From: Felis catus
Taxonomy: Eukaryota
Assembly (NCBI RefSeq): GCF_018350175.1
Contig: NC_058374.1
Coordinates: forward strand, 129,518,001 to 129,582,000
Length of the DNA: 64,000 nucleotides
Direction of reading: 5' to 3'
Under the pieces are notes generated by a model. The model was not told the origin of the DNA. It saw only the letters and a list, made by a program, of their open reading frames with translations, and did no database searches. This document shows positions 1 to 14,318 of this stretch, piece by piece. A program made the position numbers and the translations under genes. Position 1 is the stretch's first letter. The number at the start of each line of letters is the position of its first letter.

Positions 1-250
1 TACTGGTAACAGAACACCTGAATAACACAAACAAACAAGGGGCTGCCAGAATTGATTCAGTGGCTCAGCAATGTGAGGGCAGTATCCACGTGATTTTCTT
101 GTCCTTTCCCTCATAGTTATAAAATGGCTGCAACAGCTCCAGGCATCATGCCCGCATTCCATGCAGGACGAAAAGCAGAGGAGAGTAAGGACAACACTAC
201 CTATCCCTTTTACCAGAAGAGCAAAAGTTTACTCAAAAACCTCAACCCCA

Positions 251-2411
251 AACTATAGAAAGTTTATGAAAGAAATTGAAGAAGACACAAAAAAATGGAA
301 AAAGATTCCATGCTCCTGGATAAGAAGAATAAATATTGCTAAAATGTCGATACTACCCAAAGCAATCTACATATTCAATGCAATCCCCATCAAAATAACA
401 CCAGCATTCTTCACAAAGCTAGAACAAATAATCCTAAAATTTGTATGGAACCAGAAAAGACCCCAAATAGTCAAAACGATCTTGAAAAAGAAAACCAAAG
501 CAGGAGGCATCACAATCCCAGACTTCAAGCTATACTACAAAGCTGTAATCATCAAGACAGTATGGCACTGACACAAGAACAGACACTCAGATCAATGGAA
601 TAGAATAGAGAACCCAGAAATGGACCCACAAACGTGTGGCCAACTAATCCTTGACAAAGCAGGAAAGAATATCCAATGGAATAAAGACAGTCTCTTCAGC
701 AAGTGGTGTTGGGAAAACTGGACAGCGACATGCAGAAAAATGAACCTGGACCACTTTCTTACACCATCCACAAAAATAAACTCAAAATGTATGAAAGGCC
801 TAAATGTAAGACAGGAAGCCATCAAAATCCTCAAGGAGGAAGCAGGGAAAAACCTCTTTGATCTTGGCTGCAGCAACTTCTTACTCAACACGTCTCCGGA
901 GGCAAGTGAAACAAAAGCAAAAATGAATTATTGGGACCTCACCAAAATAAAAACTTCTGCACAACAAAGGAAACAATCAGCAAAACCAAAGGCAACCGAC
1001 AGAACGGGAGAAGATAGTTGCAAACGACATATCAGATAAAGGGTGAGTATCCAAAATCTATAGAGAACTTATTAAACTCAACACCCAAAAAACAAATAAT
1101 CCAGTGAAGAAATGGGCAAAAGACATGAATAGACCCTTCTCCAAGGNNNNNNNNNNNNNNNNNNNNNNNNNNNNNNNNNNNNNNNNNNNNNNNNNNNNNN
1201 NNNNNNNNNNNNNNNNNNNNNNNNNNNNNNNNNNNNNNNNNNNNNNNNNNNNNNNNNNNNNNNNNNNNNNNNNNNNNNNNNNNNNNNNNNNNNNNNNNNN
1301 NNNNNNNNNNNGACAGAGCATGAACAGGGGAGGGGCAGAGAGAGAGGGAGACACAGAATCGGAAACAGGCTCCAGGCTCTGAGCTGTCAGCACAGAGCTC
1401 GACGTGGGGCTCAAACTCACGGACTGTGAGATCATGACCTGAGCCGAAGTCGGACGCCCAACTGACCAAGCCACCCAGGCACCCCTAAATTTTTTTTAAC
1501 GTTTATTTATTTATTTTTTTTAGAGACAGAGTATGAACGGGGGAGGGTCAGAGAGAGAGGGAAACACAGAATCCGAAACAGGCTCCAAGCTCCGAGCTGT
1601 CGGCACAGAGCCCGACGCGGGGCTCAAACTCACAGACAGTGAGATCATGACCTGAGCCGGAATCGGAGGCTCAACCGACTGAGCCGCCCAGGCGCCCCCA
1701 GAATGGCTAACAATAACAACTCAGGCAACAATAGATGTTGGCGAGGATGTGGAGAAAGAGGATCTCTTTTGCATTGCTAGTGGGAATGCAAGCTGGTGCA
1801 GTCACTCTGGAAAACAGTATGGAGGTTCCTCAAAAAATTAAAAATAGAACTACCCTACAGCCCAGCAATTGCACTACTAGGAATTTATCCAAGGGATACA
1901 GGTACACTGTTTCGAAGGGGCACATGCACCCCCATGTTTATAGCAGCACTATCAACAATAGCCAAAGTATGGAAAGAGCCCAAAAGTCCATCGAAGGATG
2001 AATGGATAAAGAAGATGTGGTATATATATATACACTGGAGTATTACTCGACAATCAAAAAGATTGAAATCTTGCCATTTGCAACTACGTGGTTGGAACTA
2101 GAGGGTATTGTGCTGAGTGAAATTAATCAGAGAAAGACAAACATCGTGTGACTTCACTCATATGAGGGCTTTAAGACACAGAACAAGTGAACACAAGGGA
2201 AGGGAAGCAAAAATAATATAAAAACAGGGAGGGGGACAAAACGGAAGAGACTCTTAAATATGGAGAACAAACAGAGGGTTACTGGAGGGGTTGTGGGAGG
2301 GGGGATGGGCTAAATGGGGAAGGGGCACTAAGGAATCTACTCCTGAAATCATTGTTGCACTAAATGCTAACTAATTTGGACGTAAATTAAAAAAATAAAA
2401 TTAAAAAAAAA
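251..2411 (+). mobile_element. 5'-truncated felid L1 (ORF2 C-terminal part, 3' UTR, polyA), degenerate
   Basis: ORF2-like peptides (KKIPCSWI..., [34 protein letters not shown]). 16-bp TSD AAAAACCTCAACCCCA at 235-250 and 2412-2427. Contains stops and frameshifts. Confidence 0.95.
1312..1698 (-). mobile_element. Two tandem CAN-SINEs (1312-1485, ~1490-1698) inserted antisense in the L1
   Basis: Reverse complement of the GGGGCGCCTGG... tRNA-derived head, (CT)n and A-tail; the first copy is cut by an N run. Confidence 0.93.
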
Positions 2412-5400
2412 AAAAACCTCAACCCCACCGCCAGCAAACTTCCATTTACATCTCAGTGGCTAAAACGGGATCACATCAGCACACCTAGCTGTACTCCAGA
2501 TGAGTCCTCACGGGAGAAAAGTGTTGGGAGGAGGTGCTGGATAAACCAGCTAACAGTGCAGGGTCGTGGAATGAGCACTGACCTGGGGATCAGGTCATCA
2601 GGCTCTTCTAACTCCTGGGTCTATGACCTCGGTTTCCTCACCTATGAAATGAGAAGCATTGAACCAGGTGACCTATAGCTCTGACACGGAGTCAGTTTAT
2701 GACTTCTACAGGAATAGCAGGTGCTGCCACAGAAAGAGGCAACAGGCTACAGTCCCCAGTTCCTTGCTCCACTCTGAAATTACACCCCCAAGCGCTGGAG
2801 GCCCTAGAGCCTGGTCTAAGAGGAAAAGAATTATGGCCATGAGGAAATCAGAGGGACTGGAGGGTCAAGACTTCTGGTTCCTTTCCATGTTCCTACTGCT
2901 AATCCCCCAGGGTTAGGTGTGTCCGGGAAATAATCTTCCAATCAAAAGTCACATAACCTAAACTAATAGTAAGACCAGTAACAATAATGCCAAACACTGA
3001 ATGAAACTTTACTATGCACCAGACACTAAGAGCTTCACCTCCGTTATCTTTTCAAATCCTAAAAAGGTCATATTGTAGGTGTTATTAAAAGCCCATTCAA
3101 TAGACAAGTAAACTGAGGCTCCAAGGCATGCCCTTGCCCAACATCACACAGCTATGAAGTGGAGGTGTTGGGGTTCACCCAGCACTGGTTCACCCAGTGG
3201 AGGTGTTGGGGTTCTACCCATCTGTTATCTTGCTATCCTTGTTCCCACGACAAACCTATGGGGTACACATTGTCCTCCTCTTAAAAAAAAAAAAAAAAAG
3301 CAAGTCTCTGAGACGTTACATGCTTGGCCTAAAGTGACCAGACCAGCTAGTCACCGCCAGAGGTCGAATCAGAACAGAGCACTCACTCTGGGCCACACTC
3401 TTGCCACGATGCCATTCTGTGCAGGAGCGTGCTCCGACAAAAGCCTCTGGGAGGCTTCTCACCTTTGGAGCTGTCCTGTACAAGTCCTGCCAGTATGGAA
3501 GGTTCTAGAAAACCCATCCTTGTGAACCCTGGCTGGCCTTTCCTGCTAACTCTGGAATTTGCCTTCAAAGTAGTAGCCTGGGAGGGACATCCTGAGTGGC
3601 TTTTGCTCCTTTGGGGGGTTCCTGTGGAAGGCAGGGGTGTCGGAAGAGTTAGAGGCTAACAGCACAGGTCAACGTCTACCTGGTGGACTGTTCTGGGGCT
3701 CAGTTTGGGCAGTGATGGGGTGTGGGGAGGCTTTGAGCCCCACAGTCCCCCTCTGTGACTCTCAGTTCCTACAGCAGAAGGCAAACCGGGTGATAGCCAT
3801 GGCTTCCCAGAAGATAAAACCCCAGCACACTGGTCTGAAGAATTGTGGAAGCCTGACTTTTTGGGGCCACCATTTAGAGCTGTGCAGTGTTCAGATTCTC
3901 CTGCCAGATATGAGGGCCCTGAGAGCCTCTCCTTAAATCCCACAGCAGGTCTACGGCCAGGCCACACTTAGTTCTGAGGTGGAGGAGACAGGAGAACTTC
4001 TTGTGAGGATGCAGCTGTCACCTGCGATGCCTTCAGGAGTCAAGAGGAAGCTCAGGAGATCTGCATGGCCCGTGTCAACACCCCTGCTTCTGTGTACATA
4101 TCCCTACTAGCAAGTAAAGAGTGGCTTCGAACAAGGGGGACTCCTGGCAAGACCCTACCTCCCTCTCCCCTGGCCCAACACGCACCAACTCACGACCACA
4201 GTGCTACTCCCATTATCCCCTTATCCCCATTTGCATCAGTCCCCATTAGCAGCCCAGGGTCTTCAGCCCATTCTCATCCTCTAGATTCTTCTTTACTCCA
4301 TCTACAGATGGAGGGGCCCCCCTTCCCTACCTTTTCTCCACAGCCTTCATCCCCCTACGAAACTCTGTTTTACTTATTGATTTGTCCACTCTCTGCCTCC
4401 CACATCATGAAAGGAAGTTCCATGGGGGCAGGAATATCACTGCCTTATCCTCAGTATCTTGAAGGGTCCCATTACACAGTGGAACGTCAACACACAGTCG
4501 TCAAACAAATAAACCAATGAATGAATGAATGGTCAATGAGCGCAGTAATGGATGCCTAACTGAAAGCAGCCTACAGAATTGTGAGACTTCTCTGATTTTA
4601 CATCACAAAAAGTGCAGAAGCAAATTGCTCCCGGGTTGGATAAATTGGCAGCTCCATGACATGAGGGAGCCAGACAGTTTCTGGGTGGTTCTCCCGGCTT
4701 TCCCATCATGCTTGCAACACAGCTGCCCCAGCTCAAAGCATCACTTCAACACCCGACTCCGTCCAAAGGCAGGCAGGTGCAAGTCTCCGTCGCCCCCTCC
4801 AATCCCTTTTAAGGACAAGGAAAATTTTCCCAAAGCTCCCAGCAGCCTCATTGGGCAATTTGCATCACGTGCCTATGCGGCAACCCGCCATTGGCCAGCA
4901 GCACAGGAGGAGATGTTCTGTTACACCAATCAGCGTTCAGCACCACCCCCTACGCTGGGGAGAGGCCCGGAAGCTGAACCCGCACAGTAAGAAGAAGGGA
5001 AGCAGGCAGGGGAGGGCCTCCGCGGAGCCGGCGAGGTAAGTGCTGTCTCCGCCTCTGTGTTCCCGGTGCTGCCTGTGTTGCTGCCTCTCATTCTCCTTGC
5101 CCCTCACAAGGCCCTCGTGAAGGAGGATAACCGAGAGGGCGCTAATGTCACCAGGTACGGGTGTTGGACACCCAAGTCACGGCATCTCCCCCAGGAGGGA
5201 GCCTCATGTACAGGACCCGTTTCCTGGGGAGAGCCTGACATCGCTCCCTCCCTCTCCCCGCCCCCCATATGTACCTTATTCTTTGCCATATCATTACTTT
5301 CATTCCCACTATAAACGTAACCCCTGTAAAACCCAGCTGCCCGGGTCCCGCCTAGACACAGTATTGCATGCGACCCAGCAGTGTATTTTCCAAGTAGTCT

Positions 5401-6554
5401 CCCCACTGTGATTTTTTTTTTCTTTCGAAAGGCAACGTAAATCCTCCACGAAGTCCCTCCCAAAACCTCCGAAGAAGGAACTTGTGTTTGTAACACACAG
5501 CAACCTCTCATGCTCCTCCAACCCGATGCCCTCAGGGTGTCCCATGAACCGCCCCCAAGAGTCTCTTCTCGCCTCCTCCAGACTCCCCTAACTCTTCCCC
5601 CATCTCAGTCCGGCTGCCTCGTCTCTCTTCCATCTTCTCGCACCTTCCAGATGGACTCTTCTGGCTCCCAGCTGTATCTCTGCACTTCCTTCACTTCCCA
5701 GCATTAATCAAGCCAGCCAGCCTGAGTGACTGTTTCTGCCCTGACTCATTATCTCAGCCCTGCACAAAGGCCAAAGGATCGACCGGACGAAGACAGAGCG
5801 CCCTGGGCAGCTGGGGAGGGGTGGGGGGTGGGGGCAGGGAGGTAGCCTGTTACCTGGTAATAGATTTTCCTGTCCCAGGCACAAGGCAGAAGTTTAGAGA
5901 GCTTCTCACACCAGTGCTGCGTCTAGGAGTACCTGGTGAACAAAAAAAAAAAACCACACACACACAAGCTTTCCCCCACATCCATGGTGCCTTTTCATGA
6001 CTTAAGAAGCAGTTTTTCCTTAGATTGTCTCATCTGATCCTTACGACAGGCCTGTGAGGTGACCATTATGCTTATCCTATTTTATGGATGAGAAAATTAA
6101 GAATCAGAGAAGTAGAGTGGTTTGTCAAAGGCCAGAACTAGAAGGAGACCTAGAACAATTCTGGCACATTAGCTTTTGCATAAATGGATGCACCCATGGA
6201 TGGATGGGTGGGCGGATAAAAGAATGACTCCCAAAGTTTCACCACATCACATCGTCCCCAAGACAAATGCTACTTCTAAGAACTTCCCCGAAGATCTCTT
6301 CTCTGAATTTCCTGCTCACATCATTGCTCCCCTTGTGAAGTTGGCAGAACTGGATTAAAGGTGATTCCCTGATGAAATCCCAGAAACTATTTTGACAGTG
6401 GCACTAGATTCACCTTGAAGCCCTATATCAGGTCCCACCTGGAGCTCAATCCCTAGGGCCCTCCTCTCCCCACAACCAATGCCACTTAGCACCCCTGTCC
6501 CTGCTAATGGCCAGACACAGAGTGAGGACTGAGCCTCGCTCAGCAGGATGGATT

Positions 6555-6705
6555 TCAGCTCTTAACGCTCAGAGTGGGGTCCCCAGACCCACAGCGTCAG
6601 CATCACCATCAGCTGGGAGCTTGTTAGAAATGCGGAATCCTGGGCCCCACCCTAGACTGACTGAATCCAAATCTGTATTTTAACAAGATGCCCAGGAGAC
6701 TCAAC
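6555..6705. mobile_element. MER5A-like hAT-Charlie MITE
   Basis: AGCATCACC...TGGGAGCTTGTTAGAAATGC...ACTGAATC...TTTAACAAGATGCCCAGG. Confidence 0.8.
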
Positions 6706-8023
6706 AGGAGTGATAGAAGCTTCAGCCTTCTTTTAGGATACAGTTTTTGGTCCCCCATGCTCCTAGCCTGACTATTCCCATCTGTTTCACTTCTGTAATT
6801 AGGGTTTGCCTTGCCTCTGAGAGAGATTCCTACCTACACTCCACTTTGACAACTGTATCCCTTGTTATTAGCATCGTTCCCTGTGACTAAATGTTTTGAG
6901 GGGACCCCTGCCTACCAGCCCCAGGCTCTTTGGGATTAGAAACCTCAGTCTAAAATCTTGCAGTCTTGTCAGACGAGAAAGAATGATCCTGTATGTCTAT
7001 ACATCCCAGATAGACTTTGCAATTAGAAAGACATGGGTTTGAATCCTGAATCTAGTATCAGACTTGAAGTAAACTGCAAACTCTCCAAGTCCTGCCTGTG
7101 AAATGAAAGCAATGAATGAAAGCAGTGCAGGATTTTTCTGAGTATTTCGCAGATCACAGAATTAGAAGCCATTGGCCCAAGGTAGGTGTTCAGTAAAAGT
7201 TCCACTTCCACGCCCCTCCCATAGATGGCTGTGTCAAACCTGCAGACAAACATCCAGGATCCTGATACCGTGAATCAGTGATCACTCCCCTAAATTTGTT
7301 AGGATGCTCCAGGCTACAGGTAATAAAAGCCCTGACTGACGTGGCTTAGACGATAAGGAATTTATTATCTCATGTAACAAGTAATCCAAAGTCTAGGAGT
7401 AGTAAATTCATCGGTTCAGTACCACCTTCAAGGACCCAGGTGCCTGTCTCCTTCCTATTCTGCTATCTTTAACACGCCTTAAAGGCCCACGAAGCCTGCA
7501 GACTTCCGGGCATCACACAACACTTTCAGAGAAAAAGGAGTTTCCTACCATGCATCTTTTTTTTTTTTTTTTTTTTTTTTTAGTTTTCCAGAACAAGAAA
7601 CAACAGATTCCCTCTCTGTCCCCTGAGCCAAGATTGCACCATACACCCATAACTGAACTGTTCACTGGTCAGGCCAATCATGATCTCCTCCCTGGGGCTA
7701 AGAAAGGGCCCAGCATCTAATGAAGCACATAGTTTCACCGGGCAAGGAAACAAGGTAGAGCAACCTTTTGGCTGACCAATCAATGGTGTCTACCAGACAT
7801 CTGCTTCCCAGGGTGGGCCTTCCCACCACTACCTGCTGCACTAAAGTGCCACCCAAGCCGATGGCCACGTTCTCAATGTCCCCATTCTGCCCGTAGCACT
7901 GGTTCTCAAATTCCTGTGCACCTTGGAATCGCTTGATGAATTTTTTTTTTAATACTGATGCCTGGCTCTCCATCCCAGAGATTCTGAGTTTGAGGATTAT
8001 TTAAGTCTCCTAAGATGAGCTGC

Positions 8024-8192
8024 TTTTTAAAAATTTATTTATTTTGGGGAGAGACGGAGAGAGAGAATCCCAAGCAGGCTTCCGGCTCAGCCTGGAGCCC
8101 AACGTGGAGCTCAATCCCATGACCCTAGGATCATGACCTGAGCTGAAATCAAGAACTGGATGCTTAAAGTGACTGAGCCACCCGGGCACCCC
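8024..8192 (-). mobile_element. Older CAN-SINE
   Basis: SINE head/tail on the minus strand; AGATGAGCTG flanking duplication. Confidence 0.88.
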
Positions 8193-8538
8193 ATAGATGA
8201 GCTGATGTTTGAGAACCACTTGTCTGTAGCAGCAGCTCTCAACTTTTAAGGTACGTCAGAACTGTCTCCAGTGTTTCTGATTCAAGAGGTCTGGGGTGGG
8301 GCCTCAGGGTTTGCATTTCTAATTTCTAAGAAGTTCCCAGGGGATCCTGATGGTACTGATCCAGGGACCACAGCTGGAGAACCACTGGTCTGTGGTTCAA
8401 TGTGCATATGACTTACTTGAAGAATCTTGTTAAAATGTAGATACAGGTCCACTAGGTCTGAAACGGGGCCCAGGAGTTGCCATTGCAACAATATGCCAGG
8501 TGATGCTCACAGCCCAAAGTACATGACAGGGTCTAGAG

Positions 8539-8757
8539 CAGAGTTTAGCAAACTAGGATCCACGGGCCAAATCCAGGTCACTGCCTGTTGTTTGTAAATA
8601 AAGTTTTATTAGAACACCACCTCACTCATTGATTTACACACTGTCTGTGGCTGCTTTTGCGGCATCAGAGTTGAGTGGTTGCAATAGAGACCACATGGCC
8701 TGCAAAGCCAAAAATATTCACTGTCTGGTCCTTTACCAAAAAAGGCTACAGACCCTG
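8539..8757. mobile_element. MER58A-like hAT MITE
   Basis: CAG..GCAAACT...GGGCCAAATCC...TTTGTAAATAAAGTTTTATT...GACCCTG; flanked by NTCTAGAN-type 8-mers. Confidence 0.85.
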
Positions 8758-9534
8758 ATCTAGAATGATCACTGAGTTTCAAATTTGTACGCTGGAATCA
8801 CCTAGAGTCTTCAAAGCTACCGACGCCACTCATAGAAATTCTGATGTTACTGGTATGGGGTTCAGCCTGGGCATCGAGATTTCTATCAACTTCCGAGATG
8901 ATTCTACTGTGCATTTGAGAATCGCTGATCTCCTGGACACCCTCCCAGCCCCTGTAGCTGCACCAGACCTTCCATCCAGTATACCCTTTACTTAGCAGGG
9001 CTCTGCCTCCAGCCTTCTGGTTTATCAGCTGCTCTAACTAAACAACAGTCCAGGAAGGGCCAGAGGTAGGGCCCTCCCCAGGGGAGCATTCTGGAGGTGT
9101 TTCCCCTCATTTGGATATGTAAGGTTTGGCACACTCATTCACAATAAACAAATAGGCATTCCCATCCCTCCCCAGCTAAACCTCATCTAGACTGAATGTG
9201 CTACAAAGTCCATCTGGCCTCCCATCCCACTGAGAGAGTCACCATTGTCTCTGAACCATGGCATGAAGCCACATACCAGATGTGCTCCTGAAAAAAATGT
9301 GAACTGTCCTTCCTGGAAAGAGAGAAAGGAATTCCTGGCAACGGGAAGTGGGTTTTCAAGCCTCCATTTCCAAATGCAGTGCACAGGCCCTTGGCAACAG
9401 GCTCCAGTTAAAGCCCCAGGAGTCCCATGGGGCCACTTGCAGAGTCCTTTAGGAAACCTCAGACCCTGGCTTCAGAAGAATTGTGATTTAAAAAGTCATA
9501 TGGGCACTGCCGGCAAGTCAAAATTAAAAACACT

Positions 9535-9746
9535 TCTGTCATGTCCAAAACCATAGAATGGACAATACCAGGAGTGAACCCTAATGTCAACTGTGGACTT
9601 CAGGCAATCATGGTGTGCCCGTAGGTTCATCAGTTGTGACAAATGTACCACCGTAGGGGGATGCTGATGGTGAGGGCACTGCACGTGTGTGGGGGCAGGG
9701 GCTATGCAGGAAATCTCTGTGCCTTCCCTTAAAACTACTCTCATAA
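9535..9746 (+). mobile_element. Old L1M (L1MB/MC) 3' end
   Basis: GTCCAAAACCATAGAATG...GTGAACCCTAATGT...AAATGTACCAC motif. Confidence 0.7.
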
Positions 9747-9747
9747 C

Positions 9748-9956
9748 GGGGTTGCCCAGGTGGCTCAGTGGGTTAAGCATCCGACTTCAGCTCAGGTCAT
9801 GATCTTGCAGTTCAGTTCGGAAGTTCGAGTCCCACATCAGGCTCTGTGCTGACAACTCGGAGCCTGGAGCCTGCTTCGGATTCTGTGTCTTCCTCGCTCT
9901 CTGCCCCTCCCCCACTCATGCTCTGTATCTCTCAAATATAAATGAACATTAAAAAA
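9748..9956 (+). mobile_element. CAN-SINE (SINEC_Fc2-like)
   Basis: TSD AAAACTACTCTCATAA at 9731-9746 and 9957-9972. Confidence 0.93.
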
Positions 9957-10049
9957 AAAACTACTCTCATAAGTAAATAGTCCCACTACTTCTCAACATA
10001 CTCTGGAGCTTGGGGGCTTCAAGAAGTATTGAGCAGACATATATTATTT

Positions 10050-12780
10050 TAACTCAAGAACCACATTCCCCTTACTCTGGAGTCATAACTGCCTTCAGGA
10101 AGGTGTTTCAACTCTACCAACCACAGGCGCTGCTATCTTCCTTGTGTGCCTGGCCGCAGCTGACCAGCTCGGGAAGAAGCCCTGCTTCAGTTTGGGCCAG
10201 TCAGGGTCCCACCACCCTAGCCCCACGGGGTTGGCCTAGAGCTGGGCTTCTGACTCACACTAGGCCAGTCATACCGGTTCCCTGGGACATCAGGGCAGAG
10301 AAAATGAGCCTCAGTCCCTCTCTTGTGGGCAAGCTGAGCTATGTGAGGAAAGGAGTGTCAGCACATTTCCCAGTATGGGGACAAAGCCAGCCTGAAAGAA
10401 CGAAGCCAACATCCAAATAAAGATGGGATGGGGAGAGAGTCCTTGTGGCATTCAAGACCCCCCCCAACTCCTATTGTCCCTGACGCACAACTGTGCCCCT
10501 TCTCATGATCGTTTGAGCCAAAACATCCCCTTTTTGCTTAGAGTAGTTTTAATTTGGCTTCTGTTACATGCAACTGGCTACTGTAGGGAAACGCTGCCAG
10601 GCAAAGCATGTTGGTGAGGGGCTGCGATGAACCAGGGTCCCTCGGCTGGACCCAAGGTGCAGCACCTCTTGGGTGGAGCTCCGAGCAAAGAAAATAAGGG
10701 GTGCACAATTTTCTTGATATTATAGGAAGGAGGAAAGGACACATGTTGGCTATGTTTCTACGGCAATAAAGCTGCATAATTAACTCCAAAACTCAGAATC
10801 TTAAAAACAAGCACTTATTTTTTTGTACTTCGGGCATACTTGTATCATTCTACTGAGGTGGATTGGATTATTCTCAACTCTTCACTCTCTCTCTGTAATA
10901 GAAATGCATGCCCTTTGCCGTGTGATTCTCCAGCACCTCCCATGAGAGTAGATTTTCTCCACTCTGTTGCTGTGGGATTTGATCACATGACTTGCCTTAG
11001 CCAGAGGGACATGAGGAGAGGTGAAGTGGGCAGAGCCCAAATGTGCTTGCACGGTCTGGAGTGGCTTCTCGTGCTCCATCACTGCCCTGAGAAGACTGTG
11101 CTCTCAGTAGATGCTGTTCCAGAATATTGTCAGAAGCAGAATATTGTTCAGAAGCAGACCTGAACCCAGAGCCAAGCCTGGCCAAGCCCAGCAGAACCAC
11201 AGCTGACGCACAGGACCAAATGCTTGGTGCTGCGTGCCAGTGAGTCTGGAGCTGTTTGTTACCCGGCATCATTTCGACAGACATCTGACTGGCAGATGAT
11301 GTGACTGATGTAGGTAGTACTTAACTGTAGCAGTGCAAAGTGCTTAGCATGTGTCCTCTTACTTAATCCTCACAATAACTCAGTGAGCTAGATATGATTA
11401 TCCCCTGTTTATACGCTAGGGAGTGGAAGCTCACAGAACCTATTTTCTCAATTCAACAGTACAGGTAATGACAGAACCAGAGATGGACATGTACTGACTC
11501 AGTAGGTTCTGATACTCACAACCTTTTTTTTCAGTTGAGTTAGGAAAACAACAGTCACATGTTCCAAAGGGTCCCAGCCCTGATTGTTGCATTTCCATTA
11601 GCATCAGATCCATTACTATACAAGGGACAGGAGCTCAGTGGTGGCTGTAGCTGTCAGCCAGAGGGAGAGAAAGTTCCATCCAGCTCCTGCCAGGCTGAGG
11701 AAAGAGGCCTGATGCGCAGGTTCAATGTGTGGAAAAGGTCATATGTACCCCTGTTGGCATGCAGTATTGCTCTGGCCTGTCTAGGTACCATTCCTCCCTT
11801 CTCCCTTATGAGTAAAACATCAGTTTTCTTCAGGTGACAAAGTTCCCAGCTCAAGAGATGAACCATAATTAATTGGTCCAAACGCGCCATGCCATCTTAT
11901 CTCCCTTTGCCAGGTACTAGGTCCAGGTATGGGCATCCAACCTGGTTCTGGAAATTAAGATGCTGAGGAAGGTCTAACGTGCTTCTGGGAAAGCTATGTC
12001 TCCCTAATAAGAGAGGGACACCCTCTCCCTTACTGCCTGGTCACTGGGGAGAGGACGTGATGCTCAAAGCTGGCGCAACCATACTTCAGTCATGATAGAA
12101 GACATCGCCCAACACACTGGGAATGACAGAGCAGTAAGACAGAAAGATCTGGGTCCATGACCACATCACTGAGTTGTCGAAATAGCCCTGTAACCACCTA
12201 ATTTCCTGTTATGCAAACAATTAATCTCCTTATACTTTAAGCCACTGGTCGTTTGGCTTTCTATTATTAGCAGCCACATACATCTGTCTTAGTTATCTAT
12301 TGCTGCATAAAATTACCACAAACTTAACCACTTAAAACAACACACATTTATCATCTCATTTTCTGGAGGCCAGAAACCTAAACATATCTGGGTCTAATGC
12401 TTCAGGATCTCTCAAGAGGTTGCATTCAAGGTGTCTGGTGGGCCTGGGGTCTTGTCCGAAATGACTCTGGTTGTGACACATTTTGGGTCCTTGCTGGCTA
12501 TTAGCTGGAAGCTGCCCTCAGTTTCCTGCCAACAGGACTGCTCCACAGGACAGCTCAGAACACAACATCAAAGCCAATAAGAGGGAGTCCTTCAGCACAG
12601 TGGAAGTCAGAATCTTCCATGATGTATTCACAGAGGTGACATCCCTTCACCTTTACCATACTCCATTGGTTAGACACAGTTACAGGTCCCACCCACTCAC
12701 ACGGACGGGATTACACATGGGCATGTGTGCCAGGAGGTGTAGGTTATTGGAGCCGCCCTGCAGCCTGCCCACCATCACAC
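10050..12780. mobile_element. Patchwork of old MaLR (MLT1) LTR fragments and a MIR
   Basis: MLT-type termini such as TGTCTTAGTTATCTATTGCTGCATAA...TTAAAACAACACACATTTAT (12285) and TTTAAGCCACTG; subfamilies not resolved. Confidence 0.6.
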
Positions 12781-14318
12781 CCTTATTGATAACCTCTATC
12801 AAGCAATCCTTCAGATTAAAATCCTCCCACCAACCTTGTCTGGACCCTGAGTCAAACAACCTACGTCCTAAAAAATACTTCTGAGGCACTTGGAAAATTT
12901 TTAATATAAACTATACATTAGATGATACGATGAAAACGGTGTTGATTTTATTAAGTGTACTAATGGCATTGTGATTATATAAGAAAAAGACCATGTGACT
13001 ATATAGAAATACACAATACAGTATGTTGGGATGAAATACGTTGGGACGAAATGCCATGATGTGTGAAGTCTGCTTTCAAATATTTCAGCCAGAAGAAATG
13101 AAAAAAAGAATAGAGCAAATGGGCAAAAACATGGTAATTGTTGAATCTAACTGATGAATATATGAAAATTCATTGGAGTACCTCTCAACTTGCGAGTATG
13201 TTCAAATTTTTTAACAATTTTTTTTTTTAATCTGGCAACCCTTTTCTGACTTCCTTAAAGCCAAGAACTCCACATGAAACACACAGGATTGAGTGAAAGT
13301 GTGTTGAGACACAAGTGGCTCTGAGATGATGACGGGGTTGTCCTTGAAGGTCTGTCCCTGCCTCCTTCTCCAGTGTGCTGCTCTCCTATGCATATGCCCT
13401 AGCCCTGCCATCCAAAACCATGCCTAACTCCCCAAACAGATGGTGCTTCTTTGAGCCCACTCCAAATGTTTGCATTGTCTGCACCTTTATCCAGGGATTT
13501 CTTCCAACACCATCCTCAATTCTATCTATCTGGTCCACCTCCAAAACTCAACTCAAGTGTCAGTTCCTCAAGTAGGAGTTCCCTGACTGCATCTGCTAAG
13601 TAGAATGGACCCTCCCTCTCTGGAGGCCCCTTTGTGCCTTATGCAGATGATTATTATAGTATGTATCACAATATATTGCAATTATTTACCTTCAAGTCTG
13701 ATTCCCCTGCCAGGCTAAACTTCTTGAGCAGGAAGTTTCTTAAAAAAAAGAGAGAGAGAGAGAGAGAAAGAGAGGGAAGGAAATTTCTCATTCTTCCCAG
13801 TATCCACAGTGATTAACACAGCGCCTGGCACGCAGTAAGTGCCAAATAAATGTTGAAGAAATAAATGAATGGCTGAATGAATAGATAAATAAGTGAAAAT
13901 ATCTAGCACAGAGCAATAATATCTATACACCCAATTTCAATGTATTGATCAGATAGCAATGAGTCCTATAAAATGTTCAGCTTACTCAATGATTTCCACA
14001 ATCCAGACAAGCCCTCCCCAGACATCTGAGTCTTGTCTGCTCTAAATATGGGAGCACTGCAAATCCCAATACAGAAAAGAGTCTAGGACACTGATGTTAA
14101 GACAAAGCACCAAGCACAATTCCCTTGTGTGACTCAGTACTAAACACCAAGAAACAGTTCCTAAAGAGATGCTGCAGAAATTGTCTTAGAATTGGTCTTA
14201 GGGTAGCTTTGCTGACAGCTGCTGTTCCATGCAGGCAGCACTCAGAGCAAAACTATGGGATAGGAAGGCAGATTTGGGCTCAATATCAAAGATTTTCTTT
14301 AAAAGTTAAAGTTGCCCA

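Larger units (their letters stand above)
40..2560. mobile_element. Old MaLR (MLT1J/K-like) LTR split by the L1 (pieces ~40-250 and ~2428-2560)
   Basis: AAAATGGCTGCAACAGCTCCAGGCATCA... and CAGCAAACTTCC...ATCTCAGTGGC...GGATCACAT resemble MLT1J-type consensus and join across the TSD. Confidence 0.65.
7895..8930. mobile_element. Cluster of MER5A/MER5B-like hAT MITE fragments with a nested SINE and MER58
   Basis: Repeated GGTTCTCAAA / TTTGAGAACCACT termini and TTTGCATTTCTAA...AAGTTCCCAGG motifs. Confidence 0.75.

Noticed and set aside
161-2101. ORFs of 88-139 aa with clear protein-like sequence
   Set aside because: Fragments of degenerate L1 ORF2 with stops and frameshifts, not host genes
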